Notes under the pieces: model-generated | The model's database searches: none | Told to the model about the DNA's origin: nothing | What the model saw: only the letters and a program-made list of their open reading frames with translations | Part shown: in pieces, positions 46,101 to 58,301 of the stretch | Position numbering within the stretch: the first letter of the stretch is position 1 | How the letters are laid out: each line of letters starts with the position of its first letter | Translations under genes and position numbers: made by a program | NCBI GenBank assembly: GCA_025594325.1 | Contig: JANHCV010000002.1 | Coordinates: 558,001-622,000, forward strand | Length of the DNA: 64,000 nt | Reading direction: 5' to 3' | Origin: Blastocladiella emersonii ATCC 22665 | Lineage: Eukaryota > Fungi > Blastocladiomycota

Positions 46101-47945
46101 GGTCCTCGCCCAGGAGATGCGCGAGCGGTACGAGGCTAAGCTCGAGTCTGAAGGCATCCTCGACCAGGGCGGCGCGCGGCTGCACAGCAGCGGTGGCGGC
46201 GGGGGTGGCGGCGACGGGACGGGATCCAACAGCAACGTCGCAGGCGACCGCGACCAGACGTCCGTGATGCTCTCGCTCGGCCGCGGCCGGTCCAAGCGGA
46301 CGCTGGGGGTCCGCGTCCTCATCGCCTACACGGTCTCGCTCGCGACGATCCTGCTCGTGATGATCGCCATGGTCATCAGTCTCTCGATGCCGTTCCACCT
46401 GTTCAAGACGCGCGCCGCGCTCGCCAACTTCTCGGGGCTCCGGTTCTCGTCCGCGTACCGCGCGTCCATGGACCTGCGCGAGTACGTGATTCTCAACCAG
46501 GTCAACGCCTCGACGACGCGCCAGGAAGAGCTCCTCCGCGGCCAGCGCTCGTACTGGCGCGCCAACGCGCGGCGGTACCTCGACCTGCTCAACAGCGTGC
46601 ACCGCGGCGTGCTGTACGGCGACGAGGCGCGCGGGCTGTCGCGCACGCTCGGCACCATGCCCATGGCTGACGCCATCACCTTCACGCCCAAGTGCGCCGA
46701 CCTCTCCAACCTCGAGTGCATGTCGTTCGACGGCATCGTCACGTACTACTCGGACCGCGTCTCGCGGATCCTGAACACCACGTCGACCATCACCGAGTCC
46801 GATATCGCCGACATCATCCTCATCACGGACCCCGACTGGCGCTTCTCGACCATGACGACCGACCTGCGCGCCATCTACTCGGTGGCCAACGAGCAGGAGA
46901 TCAACCTGGCCACGTCGCTGTCCAGGTGGCTGTTCGTCGGCGTCTTCCCGCTCTACATCGGCGTCTACATCTACCTCCGCCACGTCTACTCGCTCGTGCG
47001 GTCGCAGATCAAGCGGACTCGGTGCGTCCCCCCGCGGACCCTTGAGCCTCAAACACGCTGACACTCGTGCGCGCTTGTAGAAACATCCTGTTCCAGCTTC
47101 CCGAGGAGACGCTGGGCGTGTCCCCGATCATCCGTAACTACCTGCAGACGGGCGTCATCGACAAGGACGACGAGACCAAGGTGGCCGCGGCATCGAACCT
47201 CGCTGCGCTGGTCAAGGATGCGTCGACCTCCGAGCCCAACCTCCTGTCGATCATCGCCGCCGCGCGCCGCCAGAGCGGCGCCGGCAGCGACGGGGGCGCA
47301 CACGCCGGCGGCAGTGGCAGCGGGAGCGGGCCGCACCGCCGCTCGATCGCGTCGAACAGCAACAACGCGCGCGTCAGCTTCCAGCTCGCGGGCGAGCACC
47401 CGGTCTCGTCCGACGACGACGAGCAGGCCGTCGTCGCCAAGTCGGCCCATCTTCTCGGCGAGCTGCTCGGCTCGGACAACGACTTTGTCCATGATCCTTC
47501 CGCCGTCGAGCCCGAGGAAGATTCCGAAACGTCCGAAGCCGAGTTCCGCATGGGCAGCCGCGAGCAGCTGCACGCCGAGGAGGTGGACGAGGGCCGCACG
47601 TTCCGCGAGGCTGCCGCGCGGGAACACGCTGCTGCCGACATCACTGGGCATGCTGCGCCGCATCGAGCGTCCGATGCTCACCAACACCATCATCATCACG
47701 CGAAGCGCGACGGTGACGCGGACAGCATCGGCAGCGGCCACAGCCACCAGTTCTCCATGGGCGGGTCCGAGGAGGGCGCCGGCGGCGAGGAGAAGCACAT
47801 TGACACGCTGCCGCGCTCGTCGGCGCGCGACGAGTCGGTCATCAGCTCGTTCAACGCGCGTATGATCGCGTATCTCGAGGGCATCGAGCCGTACGCGGGC
47901 ATGGACCCCGAGACGGCCGAGAGTCCCGATGATCGCGATGGCTAG
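43193..47945 (+). CDS. TmcB/TmcC-like multipass membrane protein with a TPR-like region, copy 1 (multi-exon)
   Basis: N-terminal multi-TM block; YQFWRTC...HYHVLLERFPSSVEILRSYASFVLDCLNHP TmcB-like segment; two TM-extracellular-TM modules. Confidence 0.75.
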
Positions 47946-48498
47946 AATATCTGAATAGATCCCATAGAGCCAATCGGATCTGCGACTGCCTTACGTCCCG
48001 AACGAAGCACACAAAGTGCTCGCGATGTGTCGTGTCGCGGCGACTCCCCTGTTCTCGCGCGAGTGTGAGACATCACGTGTGCCACACGTTTTCCGCGACG
48101 CGTCGCGACGCGTCCCACCGCGCCGGGCCCGATGGTGCGAGGCAGATGTTGTGCGCGCGTCATCCGTGAAAATAGAGCAGCCGACCAAACAGAAACGCCG
48201 CGAACGGCGTGCGAGACACCGGGGGCGCCGCGAGCGCGAGATCCCCGTGGCATCGAAGCTCTCCCGAAGGCGAAAGGACCCGTCCACCATCGTCACTACA
48301 CTCGGGAAGCGCGACGCAGCAGCCCAACCTCCTTGCCACTTCCTGTCGCGAACGTAGCTCCACCTCGAGACGGGCTCCCGATCAGGTCGCTAAGAACGCG
48401 TCCTCCCTGCACCCCGCGACGCGTCCTCGAAACCGCACCTCCACGCACCGCGCCTCGGCCCCCGACCCGCGCCTCCACGCGCCAACGCCGCCGTCACC

Positions 48499-51400
48499 AT
48501 GGGCAAACACTGGATGCAACGATGTCTCTCGTTCCTGTTCGACCTCGCCTTCTCGCTGTCCTGCGACAATGAGGTCGCCGACTACCTCGAGTTCCTCGCG
48601 CGCGCCGTGGTGTGCATGCAGTTCCTGGCGTTCGTCATGCCGCCGTGGATGACGGCGTGGAACGCGCCGCGGCTGCAGAGCGGGCTGCAGTGGTTCGTGC
48701 TGTCGTTTGGCGGCGAGACCGAGCTCTACGTCCTGCTCGTTATTGTCGTCATCTACGGGGTCGTGCTGCTGCGCGTGTGCTACGACGTGTACAACCAGGG
48801 GATCGCGCCCAAGTCAAGGCACCTGCGCATCGCCCGGTTCCTCCACGCGCTGTGCTCGACGGTCCTGTTCATCCCCATCGCGTACACGGCCGCCCGCGTC
48901 CTCGTGTACCAGGTCCGCAACCTGCCCAACCTCGCGGCGGCTGCGGTGCCGGCGACCACGGCCCAGATCGTCATCTTCTTCCTCATCCTCATCTTCTTCT
49001 ACCTGATCCCTATCATCGGGCTCACCACGCTCAACCCGCCCGACTACTCGCGCCTCACCATGTTCACGCGCATCTCGAGCCGGCAGCAGGTACGCGTCGC
49101 ATCGAGCGACTCTCCCGCCACGCGGCAGTCAGATCTGACCCACCGCTCCCATCTAGGTCGCGCTCATGATCCTCAAGGTCGCGCTCGCGGCCACGTACCG
49201 GCTCAACAACGGGATCGCGTCGATCGCGAGCGTGTTCGCGATCCTGTGCCTGATCCTCCTGTCGCAGTTCTTCGTGCCCATGTACGGCTCGGGCATGGCC
49301 AACGTCATGGCGATCGCGGCCGTGTCGGTGCCCGTGTACATTGGCGCCGTGGCTATCTCACTGCTCACGACGGTGCCACCGGGCATGAGCGTGGGCGATC
49401 ACTACTACCTCGTGGCGGCGATCGGGTTCGTCCCCTTCGCGGCGCTGGTCGTCGGCCTGTACATGCTGCGGATCCACTACCTGGTCGCCGGGCACAACTA
49501 CTGGGTCAACGAGTTCAACAACCTCGGGTACTACTGGGCGACCTACACGCGGTCCAAGTCGAGCGGGCTGCCGCCGCGCCGCGTGCTGCCGCAGCTCAAC
49601 ACGCACCTGGTCCTGCAGGGGTGCAAGCTGCCGACCGACACGTTCATGGCGACGCACCTGCTCCTGTTCATGAGCCGCATGCACTACGCGCCGCAGCTCG
49701 TCGAGTTCTGCGCCCAGGCCATGAAGAAGTTCCCCGACAGCACGCTGCTCCAGGAGACGGCCGTCGTCGTCGAGGCCTACTTCAGTGAGAACACGGCCCA
49801 GCACCGTGGGTCCGTCCAGAACACGATCCGCAAGCTGCTCGGCCGCAACCTCGTCTACTTTGACATGCACTACACCTTCTACCGCGTCCTCAAGGCACGT
49901 TCCTCTCGCTGCGTTGGGTTCGGGGGATGCTCGTCGACTGACCATCGCACGCGCTCGGGCAGATGCAAGAGATCTCGACGTTCCGGCTGCAGGACGACCT
50001 GCGCAAGGCGTCCAACCTCGAGATCGGCCGCTACATCCACAACCTGTACAGCGCCAAGGACCACCACACCAAGGCGCTGCGCTGGTCGTGCCGCTTCTGG
50101 AAGCTGTGCTCGTCGGAGCGGCCAAACCTCGACTCGGTACGCGGGCATTGATGCCTACGGCTTCGCGCGACCAGCTTCTCACCTTTCGGTCGCCATGTTT
50201 AGGTTGACTACGCGTCGGGATGCATCCAGCGACACCAGACGCAGGCGCTGCGGCACTACCACACGCTGCTCGAGAAGTGCGTTGCTCGACCCTCGCCGCA
50301 GTGTGCCCGAGGGCTGACCCTCGCGTCGCGTGTAGCTTCCCGACGTCGCTGATTGTGCTCCGGACGTACGCGTCGTTCGTGACCGAGTGCATGAACAACC
50401 AGGAGCTGGCCGAGGAGATCATGGACTACACGGTGAAGCTGCAGGAAGACCGCGCCGAGCTCAAGGGCGGCAAGGCAGCGCAGCAGCAGCGGGAGGCGCT
50501 CGAGGGCGGCGGCGAGGGCGGCGGGCCTTCGTCACCGGACGCCAAGCCGTCGCTCGCGAACCGGCGCGCGATCGGGGCGCGGTCGTCGACTATGGACATG
50601 GACGACGGGCACTCGGAGCACACGCGCACGTCGAGCCACGCTGCAGGCAGCGACGTGCTCAGCTCGCTCGACACCAACTCGATCTTCGACGTCGAGTCGT
50701 TCGAGGACCAGCGCAACGCCGTCGCCATGAAGGGCGTGCGTCGGCTCGCGATCGGCATCCTCGCGTCGTTCCTCCTGCTGCTCATCGGGATCATCGTCAT
50801 CTTCGTCATGGGCGGCGTGTTCCTCTCGCGCGAGCTCGTCGACCGCGCCAACGTGCTGGACGCCGGATCGTACGTTGCCACATCTCGGCTAGTCCGAAGC
50901 TCTTGACTCACCTTGCAGCGCGCGTGTAGTGCCCGTCTCGGCGTCGCGGAACTCGCGTGGAACGCGCGCGGCTTTGGCCTCGCGCTGTCGGGCCTGGGCA
51001 CGCAGTCAGCGGCGTACACGCAGTCGCGGATGAAGCTCGTGTCGGGTACGACGCAGGCGTACGTGATGGGCATCTTCAACCGGACGGCGTCGGAGCCGCT
51101 CAACTCGGCGCTGCTCAAGTACTGGCAGCAGCAGTCGGTCGTGGACGTGACGACGGGCACGGCGCTGACGCCGCTGCAGTTCCTGTCGCAGCTCATGTAC
51201 AAGACGATGCGGCTGTCGACGCTGACCAGCCTGACCAATACGACGCTCGGCGACTCGGACCTGCAGTGGGTCGTGTCGAACGCGCTGCCCGCGAGCTTCC
51301 TCAACTTCGCCATGGGGTTCGTCTCCGTGTTCCAGTCGTACTACGAGGCCAACGTCGATTTCCGCGTCAGCAGCATGCGCGCGGCGATCATCGCCATCGC

Positions 51401-53531
51401 CATCTTGCCCGCGTGCGCCTTCATCTTCATCTTCCTCCCCGTCTGGCTCCAGCTGTCGCGCGAGGTCGCCGCGAGCCGCCGGCTGTACGCGCGCATCCCG
51501 CGCCGCGTCGCGCAGGTCCTCAACCGCGAGATGAACGAGTGCCTCAAGGAGCAGCTCGAGCGCGAGGGTATCGACGGGACCGACCTGGTCAAGAGCGAGA
51601 GCGGGACGGGCGGCGAGGACCGCAACGGCGGCGGCGGTGGCGCGGGCGCGGGTGGAGGCGACGCGGCCGGCGGCAGTGGCGGAGCGGGCGGCGGCGGCGA
51701 CGAGTGGCGGCAGCTGACGGGCGACCGCAAGGGCTCGCGCGACTACACCATGTGGTACGTGCTGGTCATGTACCTGATCATGCTGGGCGTGACGGTGGGC
51801 GTCGGGATCGGGCTGTCGTACTGCTTCATCTCGCCGCTCGAGCTCGCCGCGGACCGCGCGTCCATCATCAACTACTCGGGCGCACGCCTGTCCATGACGA
51901 TCCGCGCCACGACCGAGCTGCGCGAGCTGTCGCTGCTGGCGCCCGACGACGACGCGGCCGACGCGTGGCGCACGTCGATCCTCGGCCGCGTCAACGACCT
52001 CATGAAGTACAACGAGGGCACGCTGTACGGCAACACGGCGCTCGGCCTGCGCCGCACGTTCGGCGTCGTGACCAAGGCCGACGAGGTGACGTTTGCGCGG
52101 ACGTGCCCCGCGACCAACGCGTCGGCCGCGTGCATGTCGCTCGAGGAGAGCATCGTGACATTTGTCGGCGTCGCGCGCCGCATCGTCGACCAGCGCACCA
52201 CGGTCTCGGCGCGCGACATGAGCACGGTGACCATGATCGGCGACCCGATGGGGATCCTGCGCAACCCGCTGATCAACGTGCGGCTCGTGTACTCGACCAT
52301 GAACCAGGACCAGTTTGACCTGGCGAGCATCGCGTCGATCGTCCTGTTCGTCGCCGTGTTCCCGCTGTACATTGTCGTCGGCATGATCCTGTACCGCCCG
52401 CTCAACGAGGTGACCAAGATGATCCGCCGCATCCGCAACATTTTGTTCCAGCTGCCCGAGTCGACCATCGACACGATCCCGCAGATCCGCGACTACCTCA
52501 ACTTCGGCTCGCTCAACCTCGAGCCGCGCAAGTGGTCGCTCGGCGGCAAGAAGAAGAAGGCCAGCCCCGTCAAGGCGGCCGACGACGAGGAGCAGGGCCG
52601 CAAGCGCACCCGGTCTAAGGTCCTCGCCGAGGCCAACCGCAAGCTGCGCGAGGAGGACGACGGTGGCGGCCGTAACGGGCGTGGCGGCGACGACGACGGG
52701 AGCACCAGTGACGACGGGTACGGCTACGACCGGTCGCGCGAGAACATGGACGCCCCGGTGCGACCGAACGGCAAGTCGGCAGCAGCAACGAGTCCGCCGC
52801 GCAAGAGCGGCGCACCGCCCATGAAGATCGACGTTCTCGGCGACAAGGCCTCGCGCGCGCTCAACGCTTCCCCGCTGTCCGCGGGCAGCACCGCCGTGGC
52901 GACGCCGTCGCCCAACTCGGCGTCCGTCCCCGTCGTCATGCGCCGCGTCACGTCGCTCGTGCGCGAAGATCCCGCCGACTACCAGCCCGTGGCGCGCATC
53001 GAGCTGATCCTGCCCACCGACAACGGCGGCGGCGCGAACGGCGGCGGGCGGCTGCGTTCGGGCCCGATGCTCACGCCGGGCCCCAGCGGCAGCAGCGCGG
53101 GCGCGGCCAACTCGACGCCGCTGTTCCTCCTCCAGGACACGCTGGGCGCGAGTCACGGGTCGGCGCTCGATCTCGGCCCGCACTTGAGCGGGTGGAACGC
53201 GGCGGGGTCCGCTGCCTCCGTCGGCGCTGGGCCGCGGGTCACCGAGTCGCAGCTGAGCATGAGCAGCGTCGGGTCGGGCCGCGCCAGCGCCTCGTCGCTC
53301 GCGGTGCCGGATGCGAACGTGCGCAGCCGACCCCAGGTGCAGCAGTCCGACGCGTTCGCCTCGTCGCAGGGCCTGGCGCCAGCGCCGCCGCGGTCCGCGC
53401 TCAAGAAGTCGGCCGACCAGCTCAGCTACGTGACGGCGGCGGGCGCGAGCTCGGCCAACGTCGCGGGCAGGTCGCCCAGCATGTCCGCGGTCGTGGTCCC
53501 GCCCGAGTCGGAGCAGGAGCGGGAAGGGTGA
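48499..53531 (+). CDS. TmcB/TmcC-like multipass membrane protein, copy 2 (tandem paralog, multi-exon)
   Basis: FPTSLIVLRTYASFVTECMNN; SIFDVESFEDQRNAVAM vs SIFDIESFDSRRNAVAM in copy 1; same overall layout. Confidence 0.75.
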
Positions 53532-53585
53532 CACGCGCGAGCAGCGGTTTGACTACGGTAATATATTTCCTAAAGTTTGCTCCAC

Positions 53586-55256
53586 TCACTTGCGCTTGCC
53601 GCCTTTCCGCTTGCCGTTGTTCGCCGCGGTCACGGCGTCCCAGTCGTCGGCGGTCCCGCGGAACGTGCCCGCGAGCGCGTGGCCGGACTCGCGGACGTGC
53701 GCGAACAGCTTGGAGCGCGACGAGAAGGACGCGCGGCACACGTTGCACACCTGCGCGGCGCCGCCGTCAGTGCTAGCGGAAGCCGCGGCGGCCTTCCTCT
53801 GCGCCCGCGCGGCGCGCTTCTCCTTGGCCGTCATTGGCTTGGCGTCCGTCATTGGCTTGGCGTCCGTCATGTCGGTATCGGGTTCGGGCGACGCCGCGCC
53901 GTCCTCGATCTCAGCGTCTACGTCAGCGTCGGGCGAAGGCACCGCAGCGGGAGCGGGTGACGCGGCCTTCTTGGCGGGCGCAGCACCGGGAGCGGGCGAC
54001 GCGCTACCCTTCTTGCCGAGCTCGCGGACTGTCTTGAGGTGCTTCTTGTTCTTGAGGTGGGCGTCGAGCTGGGCCTGCGTGTCGAAGACCTTGTCGCACG
54101 GCGCACACGCAAACGACGACGGCGCGGCCTCCTCGTCTTCCTCGTCGTCGTCCTCGTCGGACGACTCGGCAGCGGGCGTGGGCTGGTGGCTGCGCTCCTC
54201 TGCCTGCATCTCGCGGCGCATGCGCGCGACGTTGGCGACGTGGGTGCGGTCGCGCGTGTGGTCGTCGAGGTCGGCGGGATCGTCAAACTCGGCGTCGCAC
54301 ACGACGCAGTACATGGCGTCCTCGTCGATGCCGAGCCCGGCGAGGTTGTCAGCGAGCGCGTCGTACTCGTTGTCGGTCGCCGCATCGTCCTCTTCAGAGT
54401 CCGAGTACAGGGCGTCGAGCTGAGCGTAGTCGACGCGTGCCCAGTCGGGCTCGACGTAGTTGGCGGCGGTCTCTTTCGCCTCCTCTTTTTGCCGCTTGAT
54501 GCGGTCGAGGTGCTCGCGGTGGCGCTCGGCGCGCGCGTCCTCGGCGGCCTTGGCGAACTTGCGTACGCGCGGGTCGCGCTTCTTGACGAAGTCGACGAGG
54601 TTCTTGACCGTGGCCGTGTACTCGCGGCGCGCCGTCTCGCGCAGCTTGGTGTTCTCCTTCTCCATGAGGCGGCGCACGCGGCGGTCGGGCGCGTCGGCGA
54701 GCCGCCACTTATCGCACCACGCAAACGACTTGGCCGTGTTGCCCGACTCCCACCGCGCGTAGAAGGCGTCGACGGTCGCCTTGGGCGCGTCCGATTTCCC
54801 GAAGGGCGCGGCGGCGAGCGGCGCGTCGCCCGCGGCCTTGCGCGCGTCGTTCTCCTCCTCGGCGAGGCGGTCGAACAGGGACCGGTACACGGCGAAGAAG
54901 CCCGTTGGGTTATCGGCGAAGCCCGTGAAGCACGTCGACGAGAAGTAGCCCATCAAGGCGTCGGCCGTCGTGGTCCCCGCATCGGCCTCGGCCGCCCACG
55001 ACGACGGGTCGCGCGGGTCGCGCGCGCGCAGGATCTGGTCGCGGTGCGAGTCGTACCACGCGCGCTCGTGCGGGTCCGACAGCACCTCGTACGCCTCCTG
55101 CACCAGGATGAACCGCTTCTGCGCGCCGTCGGGGTCGTCGAGGTTCTTGTCCGGGTGGCAGTCGAGCGCGCGACGGCGGTACGCCTTCTTCAGCTCGGCG
55201 TCCGTCGCGGTGCGCTCGACACCCAGGATCTCGTAGTGGCACGTTCGCTGTTGCAT
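53586..55256 (-). CDS. JJJ1: J-domain co-chaperone with C2H2 zinc fingers (Jjj1/DNAJC21)
   Basis: CHYEILGV...HPDKN...AYEVLSDPHERAWYDSHR; CVVC, CAPCDKVF...HLKNKKH, CNVCRASFSSRSKLFAHV. Confidence 0.92.
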   Translation of the reverse strand: MQQRTCHYEILGVERTATDAELKKAYRRRALDCHPDKNLDDPDGAQKRFILVQEAYEVLSDPHERAWYDSHRDQILRARDPRDPSSWAAEADAGTTTADALMGYFSSTCFTGFADNPTGFFAVYRSLFDRLAEEENDARKAAGDAPLAAAPFGKSDAPKATVDAFYARWESGNTAKSFAWCDKWRLADAPDRRVRRLMEKENTKLRETARREYTATVKNLVDFVKKRDPRVRKFAKAAEDARAERHREHLDRIKRQKEEAKETAANYVEPDWARVDYAQLDALYSDSEEDDAATDNEYDALADNLAGLGIDEDAMYCVVCDAEFDDPADLDDHTRDRTHVANVARMRREMQAEERSHQPTPAAESSDEDDDEEDEEAAPSSFACAPCDKVFDTQAQLDAHLKNKKHLKTVRELGKKGSASPAPGAAPAKKAASPAPAAVPSPDADVDAEIEDGAASPEPDTDMTDAKPMTDAKPMTAKEKRAARAQRKAAAASASTDGGAAQVCNVCRASFSSRSKLFAHVRESGHALAGTFRGTADDWDAVTAANNGKRKGGKRK

Positions 55257-55602
55257 GGGGTGGTGGTTCGTTGTTGGCGTTGGAGGAGCGCGGGCGGGGG
55301 AGGGGATCGAGCTCGGGGCTTTCGGGCGCGGCCGCCGTGACTCAACCGCCGGCCAAGTTGCAAGCTCGACGCTCTCTCTCCCTCACCGACATCGCGCGCG
55401 GCCGCGGAAGCTCATGCACTTATCAACTGCTATCTACTGTATGTCGCAACCGACATCGCGCCGCCATCGGCGTCGCGCTCCCGGGCCTCCCGCGGCAGTG
55501 AGAGAGAGCCGTCCCTCTCGCCTCGCTCGTTCCCCTCGACGCTGGGCAGGGGAGAGTGAGACACCGGTTCGCACCTTTGGAGAGAGACCTCGCAGATGCT
55601 GC

Positions 55603-56885
55603 AGCGACTTTGCGCACGTTCGCCCACGAGCACGAGCCCGTTCGGCCACGACCCCCCGATTGACCTAACTGCTCATTGCGGCAGGTGGGCCGACTGCGCC
55701 TCGTGGGCCGAGTGCGCGCTCTCTTCCATCACAAAAGCTGTCCACCTTGCGATGATGAATAAATACACTTGCTGCAATGTAATTTAAGACACGCATCAGA
55801 CACCTTGCCGCGGCGGTGGGTGCTGTCGCGCGGTGGGGGCCGAGGCGCCTGACCCCACGCGCCTGTCCGCCGCCACCACCGCTCTCAGACCAAGCACCGA
55901 CCTCATGAATGTCAGTCTTCTGTTACCGCGGGTATCGCTGCACAGCATGAGTGAGGCTGAGGCGATCTTCGATGAAGGTGGCGCTTGTACCTGAAGGCGG
56001 CGCGCGAAGCCATCACTTAGTCTGATCCTGCACCGCCGTTGCACTCCGCTAGCGCCAACTCGCTTGCTTATGTACTCGCAGAAGATAAATACTAGCTCCT
56101 TGAGAGAACCTCGAGCCCTAGTTCTACAACTTAGGCCGTAGCGACCATTCGCCCACGACCTCGCTCAGCGGCCAGATGTTTTCCGCGCTCATCTTGGACC
56201 CTCCCTCAGGTTGGGCGCGAGCGATACGGCCAAATAAAAAGCTATATAGTGTCCTAAATCTTTATTGGTGCCGTATGAAGTGAAATCGGCGAGGGTGTCA
56301 CGGATCGTGACGATGGCCATCTTGGCCATCGTGGCCATGGTCACGCCCACGACCACCGAGGCCGTCGAAACTCATATCTTCCGCACTACTTGCTCCGCAG
56401 AGTATCACTTATCATTGCAAGCTCATTCAAATGGAGTGCTGCGCCCGTTTGTCAGTTGTACTGGCCGATAAATCGGATCGCATAAGAGGATAGCAATTCT
56501 CGTCTCACTCATCAAGTTCACGCGGCTCGGAAACCGTTCAAGGCCTCGCGGAGAGTTATTCAGATGTTTCCCTTGCAAACCTCGCTCGAAAATGAGGTGA
56601 GAGGGCGGTGGCGGCGGCGGGCGGGCGGGCGAGGTCGGACACCTTGGCCGCCGTCGCGCAAGAGCGCTCGCCACCGCCATGCGGCGCCTCACGCGTGTCC
56701 AAACATCACTTTGCATCAGGTGTATTCATGATCGGAGCGTGAGGTCGACTTGTAGTGAGAGCAGAAGTGCGGTCGCGCTGGCCACGAGGCGCAGTCGGCC
56801 CACCTGCCGCAATGAGCAGTTAGGTCAATCGGGGGGTCGTGGCCGAACGGGCTCGTGCTCGTGGGCGAACGTGCGCAAAGTCGCT
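55603..56885. mobile_element. Candidate non-autonomous TIR/foldback element, 1283 bp, perfect 104-bp inverted repeats (55603-55706 / 56782-56885); no TSD or transposase seen
   Basis: Arms are exact reverse complements; the interior has only short ORFs. Confidence 0.6.
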
Positions 56886-57074
56886 ATTCTCACGCTGCAG
56901 CCCAGGGTGCCGAGTGAGCACGAACCGTTGCTGGGTGGAGACGGGAGCCTCCGTGGCTCGATACTCACTTGGATGGGCCGCGTCGTGTGAGAAAGCGTTG
57001 GCCCGCCAGCCCGCCAGCCCGAGAGAAGAGCTTATTGAGTTCAAGTACACACGCGCACGCTGGCCCGACCGCAA

Positions 57075-57099
57075 GAGACGCGTCGGGCAATCACGCGAG
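57075..57099 (+). promoter_or_regulatory. Motif 2 copy (GAGACGCGTCGGGCAATCACGCGAG)
   Basis: ACGCGT-N8-CACGCG-AG. Confidence 0.5.
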
Positions 57100-57129
57100 T
57101 GGCACGCGCCGGCGGCGCCACACTTCCAG

Positions 57130-58150
57130 TCACCGCCGGCGGACTGCCTCGCCGCGGGGTCGCACGCTCACCTCAAGCGAGCGTCTCCGCTCCCTCTTGT
57201 TTTGTTCTGGATCGCTGCTACTATTAGCCGTCGTTATACACCCTTTCCTCCCTTCTGCGTCTACCTCCTTCGCCGTGTCCATCACCGTCTCCGTCATCTC
57301 CTCAGCCTTCCGTGCATCGTGCTCAACCTTCCTCTCGCACCCTGCACCTGTACGCTTCAACTTATTGACACAAGTCGACATTCTCGCTGAAGCCAAGCGC
57401 GTGCGTCAGGCCCGCAAGCTCGCTCGCCCCAGCGGCCGTAAAGCCAGCGCATGTCCGACGCTTCGAGTAAGAAAAAACCTAAAGCCAATATATCCATCCA
57501 ATCACTGGAAATCACCACTGTCGTCGTTGTCCTCCTCGCCCGAGCTGCCATTGGACGCGTCCGAGGTGCGGTCGGACAGGCCAGCCGCCGCTGCGGTGCG
57601 CTTGGCGGCCGCGCGAGCGGGGACCTCGCGCGTCGAGGCCGGCGCAGGCATCTCCTTGTCCGACTTGACTGACATGCCCTTGTCAGTCGTCTTCTGGCGC
57701 TTGGCCGCGGCGCGACCCCCACCCGCGCTCTTGGTCGCCGCCTTCTGCGTGACCTTCTTGCTGGAAGTCGCCGCCTTGGCCTCCTTGGCCTCCTTGGCCT
57801 TGAGCTTCTTGGCCGCCGCGGCCGCGACCTTGGTCTCAGCCCGCGTGACGTTGGAGTTGGCGGGCTGCTCGCGGTGTCGGCCCTGCGCCTTCTTCTTGGG
57901 GATGCAGTACGCCATGCCATCGTCGACGGCGTTACCCGACATGGCGAAGGGCTCGGGCACGCGGGCGGCCGTCTGCATCACCGGCGACGCGTACGCAACG
58001 AGCTCAACGCGCACGTGCGCCGACTTGAGGATGCCCTGCAGGTCCTTGACCGACGGGAACACCTCCCACTCGGCAGAGGCGCCAAAGTAGCGCGGCTCGC
58101 CCGCCGCAACACGCTCCCCGCACGCGTCGACAACCTCGGGGACCGTCGTG
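57130..58150 (-). CDS. Hypothetical Lys/Ala-rich protein, probably spliced and/or 5'-truncated
   Basis: ORF 57502..58062 with GC3-biased codons; the frame stays open upstream to about 58185 without an ATG. Confidence 0.4.
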
Positions 58151-58161
58151 AGACGGAGCTT

Positions 58162-58196
58162 GAGACGCGTCGGGAAAACAGGTGAGCGTCAGCTGA
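58162..58196 (+). promoter_or_regulatory. Motif 2 copy with second E-box (GAGACGCGTCGGGAAAACAGGTGAGCGTCAGCTGA)
   Basis: 118 bp upstream of the family-D copy 1 ATG. Confidence 0.7.
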
Positions 58197-58301
58197 GCAG
58201 TTGCCCAAGCCGCTTCGCCGCTGCGCCGCTGGGTGCGCCACCGTCAGTCAAGCAATCTCGCCCGACTTCTGCCTGTTCTCTTTGCCAATGAAAACTTGAA
58301 C

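Noticed and set aside
53826-53870. 18-bp tandem duplication in JJJ1 (MTDAKP x2)
   Set aside because: In-frame low-complexity linker variation; common and not informative
18888-54724. Many long antisense or alternate-frame ORFs (e.g. 18888..20765+, 22782..24989+, 29465..31261-, 51006..53534-)
   Set aside because: R/A/G/P-rich shadow frames expected from very high GC3 in the real genes; no domain motifs
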